Source: Octopus bimaculoides
Taxonomy: Eukaryota
DNA: 64,000 bases
Reading direction: 5' to 3'
Assembly: GCF_001194135.2 (NCBI RefSeq)
Contig: NC_068995.1
Coordinates: forward strand, 4,741,973 to 4,805,972
Of the stretch, positions 50,435 to 62,365 are shown in pieces. The position numbers and the translations under genes were made by a program. Position 1 is the stretch's first letter. Each line of letters begins with the position of its first letter. The notes under the pieces are model-generated. The model was not told where the DNA came from, made no database searches, and was given only the letters and a program-made list of their open reading frames with translations.

Positions 50435-51330
50435 TTAGCAACTCCTACAAGGTACTGCTTGAAGAAAGAGAATTCGTTCCAATAACTTCCTGAAGATTTC
50501 GTCCTTAAATTCATAATGCCACATGAATTCAATCAGATGCATCTGCAGTAAACTTCGGACTGTTCCATTTTCTCTTTTGTTGAGATTCTTTACATGCTTC
50601 CATAAGCATTCTATGTGGATGGTTGTGGCAAATGTTACCGGATCAACAAAATTTATAGAATGGTTTACAGTCAAATGTCTATATCCTAGCTGATTAAGCG
50701 TATTATACGAACGCGAGAGGTCAGAAATTATAGTTGTACCAGGCAGTATATGGTCTTATATAATACCTAAAAGAGTGTCCGCAGACCGGTCTTCCACTGC
50801 CACCGAAACACATCTTTTTGTATCCCTTTCNNNNNNNNNNNNNNNNNNNNNNNNNNNNNNNNNNNNNNNNNNNNNNNNNNNNNNNNNNNNNNNNNNNNNN
50901 NNNNNNNNNNNNNNNNNNNNNNNNNNNNNNAATTATATAGCGGGTGTACATACTTCTTGCACATAACTGTTATAATCCACAGCTGTATTGGGGCTCATCC
51001 CCAGTTCGTTTTCACAATAGCGGACTGTGGTCAGTCCCCTGACCCAACAGTACAAGAATAATGACTACCGCCCACAGAGGAAGTGTGCTACCTTCCAGCC
51101 AAGTTTCCTTTCCAATAGAAACTTTAACACAACAACCTCTGACAGTACACCGCCACATAATACGATTACTCAAGGATTTTGTCTTCATTAAGTGCCCATT
51201 TACACATTTTTTTGTGGACAGTATAATACCCTTCTCTGTTAAGTACTCCACCGCATCCTCTTGCGTTTTTATTACACTAAACAACTTGCATAGACTAGTC
51301 ATTTTCACAATGTAATGTAAAATACAAACA
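50435..51330 (-). mobile_element. Merlin transposase remnant, copy 1
   Basis: N-terminal zinc ribbon (C.NGH…WRC…C..KVSI.KETW) and C-terminal VNHSINFVDP…IECLWKHVK…EFMW; contains an N gap. Confidence 0.9.
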
Positions 51331-52029
51331 ATTAAGCACAAGAAAAAATGAACGTGTTTACACACAGTCAGAACAAAATAAAAATGAAAGAATAAGCAAC
51401 AAAATATGAACAAATAGCAATTAAATTATACGTCGAAAATAAAATGATAAAATAAGCAACACACGTGTTTATGAACAGTCTTGCTCATAGCTCATAGAAA
51501 ATGTCAGAACTAACAGGGATAAATAGCATATACAGCAGTAACTGTATTCAATTGAATAGACGTCAGTGATTAGTTGAAATTATCGAAATAAGACAATTTT
51601 TTTTACCTGAAATAACTTTGAATACGAAAATTTTTAACTGTTCTATAACACAAAATATAGAAGTGTACGAAGTTTGAAAGTGTTTCGGTACCAAAAACAC
51701 TACATAAAACATAAATGCAAAGTGGCGCCCGTCAAATCAGAAAGATCTACTTTTTCCATGAGTAAGTTTAAGTAAACTGGACCCCTGACAGTTTGGTCAA
51801 AAAAAAAAGAAAGAAGGTTCAAAGATACCCAATGTTGGCATCCTTCACCATTTTAAGGTATTTAAACTCTTTTAAAGTATCATTAGTACTATTCCAAAGT
51901 TTAAGGTGATTAAAATTATTTAATCTAGTGATATATTTATCTAAAATAATCTTAATTTACCTAGATCTGATTTACTTGGACATATAAGTCTAACTTTGGG
52001 GTCAGAGTAAAAATTATCCGTGTGGTCCC

Positions 52030-53075
52030 TTTTTTCATGTCTGCGCTGCCACATCAATCTGCAGGTACCTCACCATCATTTGTTACCCTGTTTTAAACAC
52101 GCCCAAGTACTTCCTCTCATCGGTCACTGTCGGCCAATGAAAGGCTTGCTACGTGCACGGTTTCATTGTGCAGCAACTGGTAGGGACGGGGGTGTTTACT
52201 ACTCCACAAGTGGACCATTATAGGCGGTTACAGGATTATTTTTCGGTGGTAGTAAATAGAATAATACCAAAAGATGTTGCAATCTTTACGGAAGTGTCGC
52301 CTCTAATTCGATACTTATCTCCATTGCTAGTGGTTACGTTGAAAAGATTCGTTAGTGTAACGTCGTAGGTACTTGAGATTCATAGCTATTTTGGTCGCTG
52401 GTGTATAATTTTCCTTTGTGGTAATAATGAGACGTAAGGAGTAATTCCATTTAGTTGCTGTTGTTTACGGAAATCTTTTTTTAACAATGTTATCTAATGC
52501 ATTAGCCCTTTTTGGTGATTTCGTAAGTTATGTCCCCAGTCCATTTATTATGGACTGGGTAGAAAAAAATATCTTGCANNNNNNNNNNNNNNNNNNNNNN
52601 NNNNNNNNNNNNNNNNNNNNNNNNNNNNNNNNNNNNNNNNNNNNNNNNNNNNNNNNNNNNNNNNNNNNNNNNNNNNNNNNNNNNNNNNNNNNNNNNNNNN
52701 NNNNNNNNNNNNNNNNNNNNNNNNNNNNNNNNNNNNNNNNNNNNNNNNNNNNNNNNNNNNNNNNNNNNNNNNNNNNNNNNNNNNNNNNNNNNNNNNNNNN
52801 NNNNNNNNNNNNNNNNNNNNNNNTTCATATTTCTTTCTTACTTTTGCCTGTAACCCATTTAATTGTCCTGCCGTTGTAGCGGCACCATCATATTAAGTGT
52901 AGCACTTCCAGTTAACCATTTTTTCATTTCATACAAATTAACCTGAAATTGTCTCGTAAATTTCTTGTAACTTCGCAAATTAGGTGAATTCGGTGTTGGT
53001 CTCCCACTGTTTATAATTGTTTTCCATCGAAGTCTCTTTTCGAAAGACTATTTCTCAAAATATCGTTTCTAATAC
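52030..53075 (-). mobile_element. hAT remnant, second copy
   Basis: Colinear duplicate of about 49553-50345. Confidence 0.85.
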
Positions 53076-53158
53076 ACACTTCACTCAATTCGAATGACTA
53101 CAGGCTGGAGAGCGAGAAAGCGAGTGTGTCGGTGGGTGCTTGGGATGTGATGTCACGT

Positions 53159-53830
53159 TTAGCAACTCCTACAAGGGACTGCTTGAAGAAAGAGAATTCG
53201 TTCCAATAACTTCCTGAAGATTTCGTCCTTAAATTCATAACGCCACATGAATTCAATCAGATGCGTCTGCAGTAAACTTCGGGCTGTTCCATGTTCTCTT
53301 TTGTTGAGATTCTTTACATGCTTCCATAAGCATTCTATGTGGTTGGTTGTGGCAAATGTTACCGGATCAACAAAATTTATAGAATGATTTACAGTCAAAT
53401 GTCTATATCCTAGCTGATTGAGCGTATTATGCGAACGCCAGAGGTCAGAAATTATAGTTGTACCAGGCAATATACGGTCTTGTATAATACATAAGAGTGT
53501 CTGCAGACTGGTCTTCCACTGCCACAAAAACACATCTTTTTGTATCCCTTTCCAAAGCACCAAACACCCACTGCATTTTAACCTGATGGCCAACATTATA
53601 ATTTCTTGCATCTATCTCCACAATTCAGTTTGGCCCTCCCAGCTTAAAGTTTTGTGCAACATAATATTCTGCACATATATCACAGCAAAAAGTTCTCCAA
53701 TCTGAGACTGCTATATTCGCTATGCGACATTCCTGGGATATTCCCTTTGCTAAATCTTCTTTTGCCCAATAATACAATATATCGATCATTTGTTCACATT
53801 TCAATTTACTATTTTCTAAAATTGTTCCTT
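53159..53830 (-). mobile_element. Merlin transposase remnant, copy 2
   Basis: EID…QWVFGALERDTKRC…ILPGTTIISDLWRSH…VNHSINFVDP…NHIECLW. Confidence 0.92.
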
Positions 53831-53899
53831 TTCTAATGTATTGGGGCTCATCTTGTCATTGCTTCTGGTGAGTCTTCTTCCAGGTTTTCTATATTAAAA

Positions 53900-54480
53900 G
53901 AAGAAGCAGTGTTAGCATTGTCAGGGTTTTTTGCACTCTTTGACTCTCTGAAGTATTTAGCAAATCCAAGATAATGCTTTGCAGTGATTGCGCCTGCCGC
54001 AAGTTCTCCTCTAGGTCATTCTCATATGGTTGTTTTGGATGAATCAGATGTCAATTTCCCAAGTATCTTCGCGTCTTCATACCTCCTGCACCACATACTC
54101 TCAGATACGAGTCAACCATGGATCTTGCAGCTTCGTTTATTGCTTGTTTTACCCTGGCCCACGTGCTTACACTAGTTTCATGTTGGTGCCATCTTTGGGG
54201 TTAATAAACTCAACGTTGTGCTCGACTGTTCTGTGGTGAACATTTTAACCGTTGATTTCAGGAATGTGAGAATCGACTGTTAAATGCATTCCTCCAGTAT
54301 GTTGCAATCTTGCCATAAAGAAAAACATGTTTGGTCTCACGATGCACTTTGAAAACCCATTGTTCATGTAGCACCCCTTTTTTTAGTTGTATTTGCTGTT
54401 AGATTTGAGAGAACGTTAATCTATGTCAACAATCGTCCAAGCTGGTCCACATGGAACATAGCTGTTGTGATCAGGAGCTA
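53900..54480 (-). mobile_element. Divergent Merlin transposase remnant
   Basis: EQWVF…RET and HRTVEHNVEFINPKDG motifs; heavily decayed. Confidence 0.6.
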
Positions 54481-54874
54481 TGCAGTGGCTCATCCCTACT
54501 TTTTCAATGCAACACAACAAAAGTGAAGTTGTCAATTTAAACAGACTATATGTCTGGTTTTTTGATTGGCTAAAATTACCCAAAATGTGCAAACATTAAA
54601 AACTATTAACTTTTTATTAATTTATGGCAAAAATGAATTTTATTTCCTGAATTATCATACAAAACTAGAATCGGCACATGAAATTTTTAAAAATCAAAAA
54701 CTGACAGCAACAGAAATACTAATGCATAAGGCTCATATTTTTGAAGATACTTTCTGTACAATACAGTTGATTCAATTCTTGGTTTTTTCAATCTTGTCAG
54801 AATTTCTGGACAAAGTAAATACAAGTTATCAGCTAGTCATCCTATGTGATTTTATTATTTCGTAATAATTACTG

Positions 54875-55700
54875 TTAAGGGCAGCGAGCTGGCCGAAATT
54901 CTAAGTGCAATGTCTTTGAATGTGAACCATTCTGAAAGGGGCTTCCAAATGTTTTCAATTCCAGCTTTTCCATACTGTTCTTTCCAAAGTAATTCGTCGA
55001 GATACGATTCAACCATGTCCGTGTGTACCCCATCATACCCTTAAATCGTCGTTTTACATTCTTCCAACAACATTCAACCGAATTTCTATGAACACTTGTT
55101 ATAGGGTCAACAAAATTTTCCGAATGGTTCACTTTGAAATGGGTAGTAATCCCATTGTACAAGTCTTTTTTGTTTAATATAGCCATATCCACCATACACT
55201 AGTCTCTATTTTCCTCTAGCTCTTCAGATAAATTCCATGCTGCTTAAGGGATCTCAAGTCTTCTTATCATTAGAAACAGTTGTATTTGACACAAATGTTA
55301 CATAAACAAGGGGAAATAATGCAAACTAAAAACATGCAACAGTTATTCCCCCTGCTTCATCGATGTTTTTTTTTTTTTTTTTTTGTAACGCATGATATTT
55401 TCCAGTCTATAAAATACATCGATATTTAAGTCACAGGGTCGAATTTATCATAAAAATTTTTGTCCTCCGCACCGCCATACAAATCCATCCACCGATCTGG
55501 CCAATGTCTTCAAAGTCATATTGTGTGTGCAAACACACATTTTACAGGTGGCAATAATGCTGTTGGCTTTCAAAGATTCTATTATTCTTTCTGGAGCAAG
55601 CTGCTTCAATACTTCAAGTGGCAAACACATTTTCAGTTTCATGAACACAATGTTTTGTGCTGGTCGACTGATTCCTTGTCGCTGATCAAATGATTTTTTT
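54875..55700 (-). mobile_element. Divergent Merlin transposase remnant
   Basis: CKMC…DGFVWRC (zinc ribbon) and HFKVNHSENFVDPITSVHRNSVECCWKNVKRRF. Confidence 0.85.
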
Positions 55701-58700
55701 AGGGTTGTGCACAAAAGGGAACAATTTGACTGTTGGAATGATGGTCAAATGATTCTCTTCGACACAAAATTCCTTTTGTTTTGCGTTGGTTGCAATTTAA
55801 ATCTGAATTTACATACGCACTATGTTTCAACTTCAAATGCAACTCAAGATGATTTGGTTTCAGCATAAAAGCTGACCGTTTATCGTGGATAGTGAGTGAC
55901 AAACTTTCTTTGCTTTACTCATTTTATGCATAGGGTTTGTGACTGAAAGAAATAGAAATTTATTGATAACAGAGATATTGGAAGGATTTAATACAGCTTG
56001 TCGGCTATTTTTTGAAATATTTAATTGGGACATAAAAAGTTTAAATTCCATGGATAATGGACTTTTCAGTATCCACTCGTTCTGTTGCAAGTCTGTGTCC
56101 CTCCTAAGATGCATTTGGCGTCTTCGATGTTGTGTTAGACCACATCTCGTCTGTATGAATCAATGTTTTATCCATGCAGCTTCCGAATGTGAAATTATCG
56201 TAGAGGCCTGACATCTCGTGCTTCCACTGTTCAAGTTTGAGATAAGAATTCACATTTCCGCCAGTTTGCGAGCATCTCTATAGGTAATCTCATCTGACCA
56301 AGCCCCCGACCCTTATGTGTCCCGTGTATTGCCCCCGCTTTATTTAGAACCCTTGTGGTTTTAATAAAATCATTGTGAGCATGTTCATTCATCCAGACTT
56401 TGTCACCCTCTATATACACCATCATTTAACGTCCGTTGTCCATGCTGACCACAGCTGACAAGTCTTTGGTCTGATTTCTATGGCTGGATGCCCTTCCTAA
56501 CACCAACTGTTTACAATGTGTTTTTTTTACATGGATTGGCACCCAAGCTCTGCAATGTAAAAAATCTAGCTGAAAGGGAAGCAACGCACCTTTTTTTTTT
56601 TTGGTCTCTCTACTCATGAAATGTGTCGAGTTTATGAGACTATGGATAAAGTCCAAAAGTGCATCTGGTAAATGAAGTGTGTGTGTTGTTGAAATTTACA
56701 GAATGCAAAGAATATGGATGTAATTTGTTTAACGCTGTGAGTTCATTTATATTCATATTGTTATGTTATTTTGTTTTTATGCTGTAATAAAACGATTGTG
56801 ACTTCGGAATTAAATAAAAATTAATAATACCCTAAATTTCAGTCTCTGTCTTTATTTACATATTCTTTATTTGTTCCTTTTACCCAGAATTATGAACTTT
56901 CATTCCAGGTTCTTTATATCTCTTAATCTCTCTCGGGCGTGGCTATGTGGTAAGGAGCTCACTTTCCAATCACATGGTTTTTGGTTCTGTCCCTCTGGAT
57001 GACACCTTGGGGCAAGTGCCTTAAAGTATGGCCTCAGGCCGCCCAAAGCTTTGTGAATGGATTTAGTCGGCGGAAATTGAAAACAAAAAGTGGTGCGCGC
57101 GCATGTGTATTTATATATGTGGTTGTGTGGTAGGTAGCTCGCTTCTCAACCAAATGGTTCCGAGTTCAGGCCCACTTTGGGACACTGGATTTTGGTGGAC
57201 AGAAACTGAAAGAATCCCGTCGTATATTATGTATATATATATATATGTATTTATGTGTGTGTGTGTATATATGTACATATATCTACCAAATTCACTCACA
57301 ATGTATTGGTCGAACCGGAGCTTTATTAGAAGACATTTTCTCAAGATGCCAAACAGTGGGTCTGAATCCGAGACGATGTACGTGGTCGCTAAGCGACCTT
57401 CTTAATCATACAGCCATGCCTGCACCTATCGTGATTGAGGGAGATTAGCTGCTTTTTCTAGCAACCATGGGTGGCTATATATTTGCTCAGCCATTGATTT
57501 GAAAGAGGAGCTATGTCTAGCAATTTGATCGACCCTCGTTGGTTTGACTACTACCATGTGGTACCTATTGGCATCCAGGTGAAGTGGGCCATATTAACTA
57601 ACGATTCTGGCAGTTGCCGGCTGGGAGTGATAGGAGATGAGGGAACACAAAGCGATTGTTCTGTTTGAAGTCACTGAAATGAAACGGAACAGTAAACATG
57701 AAAGAAACCAAGAGAAAAAGTTTAATGTCTGGCTTCCACAACGGAATAATTTACGATACCTTAAATTTCCATTATTCAGTGGGGGTGAAAATTTATTTTT
57801 TGTAGTTTTGATAAGTTTGTTTTTGCTTTCTTGCCATATTAGAAGTAAAGCAATTTTCAAGTGGAATATATGTGAACACACACAATTACACGCGTGTATG
57901 TGTGTAATGTTCACATTAGTGTTTGCACACTCCTAACTACACACAGATATCTGTATGTGTATGTAGATATTCTTTTCTAATCTAGGCACAAGGCCCGAAA
58001 TTTTTGGGGAGGAGGCAGGCGATTAGATCGACCCCAGTACGCAACTGGTACTTGATTTATCGACCCTGAAAGGATAAAAGGCACAGTCGACCTCGTATGC
58101 GATCGAAATGCTGGCCTTATTATTGCGATACTCTAAGGCAGCGAGCTGGCAGAGTCGTTAGTACACCGGATCTAATGCTTGGCGGCATTTCGTCCGTCTT
58201 TACGCTCTGAGTTCAAATTCCACAGAGGTCGACTTTGCCTTTTATCCTTTTAGGATCGATAAATCAAGTACTAGTAAAACACTGGTGGTGCAGTCGTGTG
58301 GGAAGGGCGAGAACGCAATCAAAATGAAATACGCACACATATATCCTATATACACGACGGTCTTCTTTCAGTTTCCGCCTACCAAATCCACTCACAAGGC
58401 TTTGATCGGTCCGAAGCTATAGTAGAAGACACTTGTCCAAGGTGCCACGCAGCGGGGCTGAACCCGGAACCATGTGACTGATAAACCAACTGCCACGCCT
58501 GTACGCACTTAGATGCGTACATGTGTGAGAGTGTATATAGAGACTCTTTTGCCGTCTCTTTTTATCTCTGCTATTATAATAACGATGTTGGAAGATGCTT
58601 GATGTGATCCCCTTGGGAGTCATTTAGACCTTCTTCAGCGCAAATGTGGTCGGCTTTTTCTTTCTTTTTCACTTTTGTACACAAAAAAACAATGAGAATC

Positions 58701-59967
58701 ACTACAGACGGCCAAGACTGATGCGCACGCACTCTATCTATCTCTCCATTCATCCCTCCGTCTATCTAGTTATCTGTCTATCCATCCATCCTGCTGATGA
58801 TGATGATGACAGACTAAGGGAAATAACTCAGGATGGTGAGCAGCATGCATCTGAACAAGACGCAGAAAAGTTTAATAAACACAAAATAAACTCGATTTCT
58901 CGAAATTATCTTCTTGGAGATGCGTGGCCCAGTGGTTAGGGTATCTCTCTCTCACACACACACACACACAAAGTGCTTGTAATTTACTTTTGTGAGGCGG
59001 CGAGCTGGCAGAAGCCTGTCGTACATATATATATATGTATCCCCCCCCCCCGATGTTGGTGTGTTTACGTCCCTGTAACTTAGCGGTTCGGCAAAAGGGA
59101 CCGATAGGGTAAGGACTAGGCTTACAAGGAATAACTCCTGGGGTCGAGTTGTTCGACTGAAAGGCAGTGCTCCAGCATGGCCGCAGTCAAACGACTGAAG
59201 GTAGTTAAAGAACAAAAAAAAGGATACATACATACATACACGTGTGTGTGTGTGTGCCTAACACACACCACACTAGGGCACAGTTCATTAAACTGACATA
59301 TCACTGGAAGTTGTTGGTGGGGTGGGTGGGTGTGTTACCCTAATCCCGCAAGAAAGATAGGGGTTTTGTTACTGATAAATTTAACATCGTCTGAGAAGCT
59401 CAAGTGTACTTCCATCAAGCGTACCCCGTTGGGTGTTATTTGATTCGACCCCCGCCATCCTCAACCCCACCAAACCAAGACACTAACAGCAGGTAAAAAA
59501 AAAAAAAAAATGCATCTGTTTATGTTTACTGATTGCAGGGAGCAAAATATTTTTTATGAAGTTCTTGTCTGCAGCAAAGCTTTCAGAATTCTATCAAAAG
59601 AAGTCACAAGAGGGAATCGAGATAGCCTATTGAATTCACGTGTACGCATAAGATCATCATCATCATCATCATTGTCCTGGTCGTCATCTTTTCATTCTTC
59701 ATCGGCAAATACCAACCGATTGACTGAATTAGATTAAAAAAAGAAACTTGTTCTTCTGCCTCCAAAATGTCCAAGAGTTTTAACTGAGCGAAAGTCTGGT
59801 GCAGTTTCCCTTCCTCCTGGAACAGCTAATGCCTAATCGCGACTGTTATAAGCCAAAAAGTATTTTGGTTTATTCAGGTGCCAGCACATTTCAGGTCAAT
59901 AGAAAACTTTTACAATGTTATCGATTTACTTGGACCAGATCGATAGATGCAATTATAAATTTTATCC

Positions 59968-60192
59968 AGGCGTGGTTGTGTGGTGAGAACTTTGTTTCCC
60001 AACCACGTGGTTCCGGGTTCAGTTCCACTGAGTGGTACCTCGGGCAAGTGTCTTCTACTATAGCGTCGGTCTAATCAAAGCCTTGTGAGTTGATTTGGTA
60101 GATGGAAACTGAAAGAAGCCTGTCGTATATATATCCGGTGTATGTGTAGCTGTATCTCTCCCTCGCCACTGCTTGGCAACCGGTGTTGGTGT
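59968..60192 (+). mobile_element. SINE family A, 5' half, ending just before the hammerhead-bearing segment
   Basis: GGCGTGGTTGTGTGG…GGGCAAGTGTCTTCTACTATAGC head; stops at CGGTGTTGGTGT. Confidence 0.8.
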
Positions 60193-60260
60193 GGACAAAA
60201 TGAGATAACAAAGACAAGGCTAGGAGGAGTTTTCAGGACATTTATAAGGAAAAAGACATA

Positions 60261-60308
60261 GTCTTACAGCTGTTTCTGGGATATTATGGATATCCCTTCA
60301 TCAGAGAC
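60261..60308 (-). ncRNA. Minimal type-I hammerhead ribozyme motif (Penelope-like element type)
   Basis: The - strand reads GTCT-CTGATGA-A-GGGATAT-ccata-ATATCCC-A-GAAA-CAGCTG-TA-AGAC: full catalytic core, 7-bp stem II, palindromic stem III, GUA cleavage triplet, stem I GTCT/AGAC. Confidence 0.8.
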
Positions 60309-62329
60309 GATGTGAGATGGTTAAATATTTGAGTTCGAAATAAGGAATTATTATGGAAAAGGATATATATGTATGTATATATCAGGTACGTGCCGTCAGT
60401 AATTATTAAAATAAGGTCACTGGTGGTGGTCGTCGTCGTGGAGGCATTGCTGGAAATGTTGATGGCGATGGTAACTTCACAGTAAATTGCACTAAATATT
60501 CACTAATAGTCACACAGTAAATGGAGCATGACGAAGAACAGGTTCCACCTGGTTGCATACTCTGTGTGTATAGAATTATATTTAAATCTGCATATGTAAA
60601 AGACAGCTAGCAGGCACAAACACACACGATCAAGAAGGTCTCTTCACAACCACATAGTTTTGGGTTCGGCCCCACGCAATGGCATCTTTGTCTGGAGTTC
60701 TCTCTCTCTCTCTCTCTCACACAACATATATATATATATATATATATCCACGACGGGCTTCCTTCAGTTTCCGTCTACCAAATCCACTTACAAGACTTTA
60801 GTCGACCCGGATACTTGCCCATGGCATTGCGCAGTGTGGCTGAATCGGAAACCACGTGCTTGTAAAATGAGTTTCTTATCATAAAGTCATGTCTGAGATT
60901 ATTATTATTTTTCTTTTTCGGTGAAGTTCCGATAGGCAACCACAGCCTCGTTTTATAAGCCTCCGAGCCTCCAGACCCCCTATACTACCTGAACCGTCCT
61001 CTCTCTCTCTCTCTCTCTCTCTCGTACACGATTGGCGCATGCCCAAAAGAAACAACACGCATAGGTATTATCTCACATAACCCCAGCTAAAGTCCATTTG
61101 AAGCTAGCCAAAACACAGTGGCAAAAAACCCTTGGTGACACACACTGGGATCGAACTCGTGATCTAATACTTGCGAAAAGTACTTGTTAACCATTCAGCA
61201 ACGCCTGCGTCCACACACACACACACATTTATATTATTGGTAACGAGAGTCTATCGTCTACTCAGCATCTGTTTATTAGACGCGTGGCTGATCTTTAAAG
61301 ATTACGAGGATATTGAGTGGGGAAAGAGAGGAAGTGTATTTTAGTTGTGTGTGTGTATAATATTGTTAATGGTGATGTTGTAAATAGCATAAAAATATAC
61401 CGGAAGTATTTCCGGAGTGTTCTCCCTCTACCTTACACAGAATTAAAGGCTAAAAGTGTAAACTAAGGGTTTTAATTACAGAGAGAGAGAGAGAAGGCAC
61501 TGGCTGTCGACACAGATTATAAATAGGGATTCATGGGAAGACAGAGGGTGTGTGTGTGTGTGTGAGTCGGGGCAATCTTGTTAGGATAAAGAATGGCACG
61601 AAAATTTTTTATAACTGTTTGGTTGGCACCAAAGACATACAAAGCGTCTGCCTCTCCTCCCTCTTTTCTTTGTGCCAGTTTGTGAGTATACACACACATT
61701 ATGTAAATGCTAATGCACGAAACTCGGCCCTCGAATCACTCTAATTTCTATCTATCAATGATAACTGGCACGCCATGGGTTACGACGACGACGAGGGTTG
61801 CAGTTGGTTCGATCGATGGAACAGCCTTCCCGTGAAATTCACGTGCAAGTTTGATGAGCATTCTGCAAACACGAGTTCTGTTCACGTGGCCTTCAGTGAG
61901 AGTTAGCGAGATACAGAACGAGATAAGGCTGGCCCTCTGAATTACCGGTTCAACTCATTTTTGCTAGCAGAATGGACAGGAACAACGTTAAATTAAGTGC
62001 CTTGCTCAAGGGCACAATGCACCACCGGTAACCGAACTCACGACGTTATGATCGGGAGCCGAATATCTTAATCTCCAAGCCACGCGCCTTCACAACCGAT
62101 GAATAATAATAATAATCCTTTCCACTATAGGCAGAAGGCCTCAGATTTGTGGGGAGGGGACTAGTCGATTACGTTGACTCCCAGTGCGTAACTGGTACTT
62201 AATTTATCGGCCCCGAAAGGATGAAAGGCAAAGTCGACCTCGGCGGAATTTGAACTCAGAGCGTAAGGACAGACTAAATACGGCTAACCATTTCGCCCGG
62301 CGTTCTAACGATTCTGCCAGCTCGCCGCC

Positions 62330-62365
<36 letters not shown>

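Larger units (their letters stand above)
49553..53550 (+). repeat. Direct duplication of about 1.3 kb (49553-50830 vs 52112-53550)
   Basis: Colinear sequence with scattered substitutions and small indels; both copies include the hAT/Merlin junction. Confidence 0.92.

Noticed and set aside
44076-56000. SON as downstream neighbour, as in vertebrates
   Set aside because: No SON-like RS, G-patch or dsRBD coding sequence seen; the interval is transposon debris.
59490-59640. Plus-strand donor and acceptor 47 nt apart with a short open frame
   Set aside because: Very short intron, no recognisable protein, no linking exons.
61135-61210. tRNA-like A and B boxes here and at all SINE heads
   Set aside because: No complete cloverleaf or acceptor stem visible; these are tRNA-derived SINE heads, not tRNA genes.
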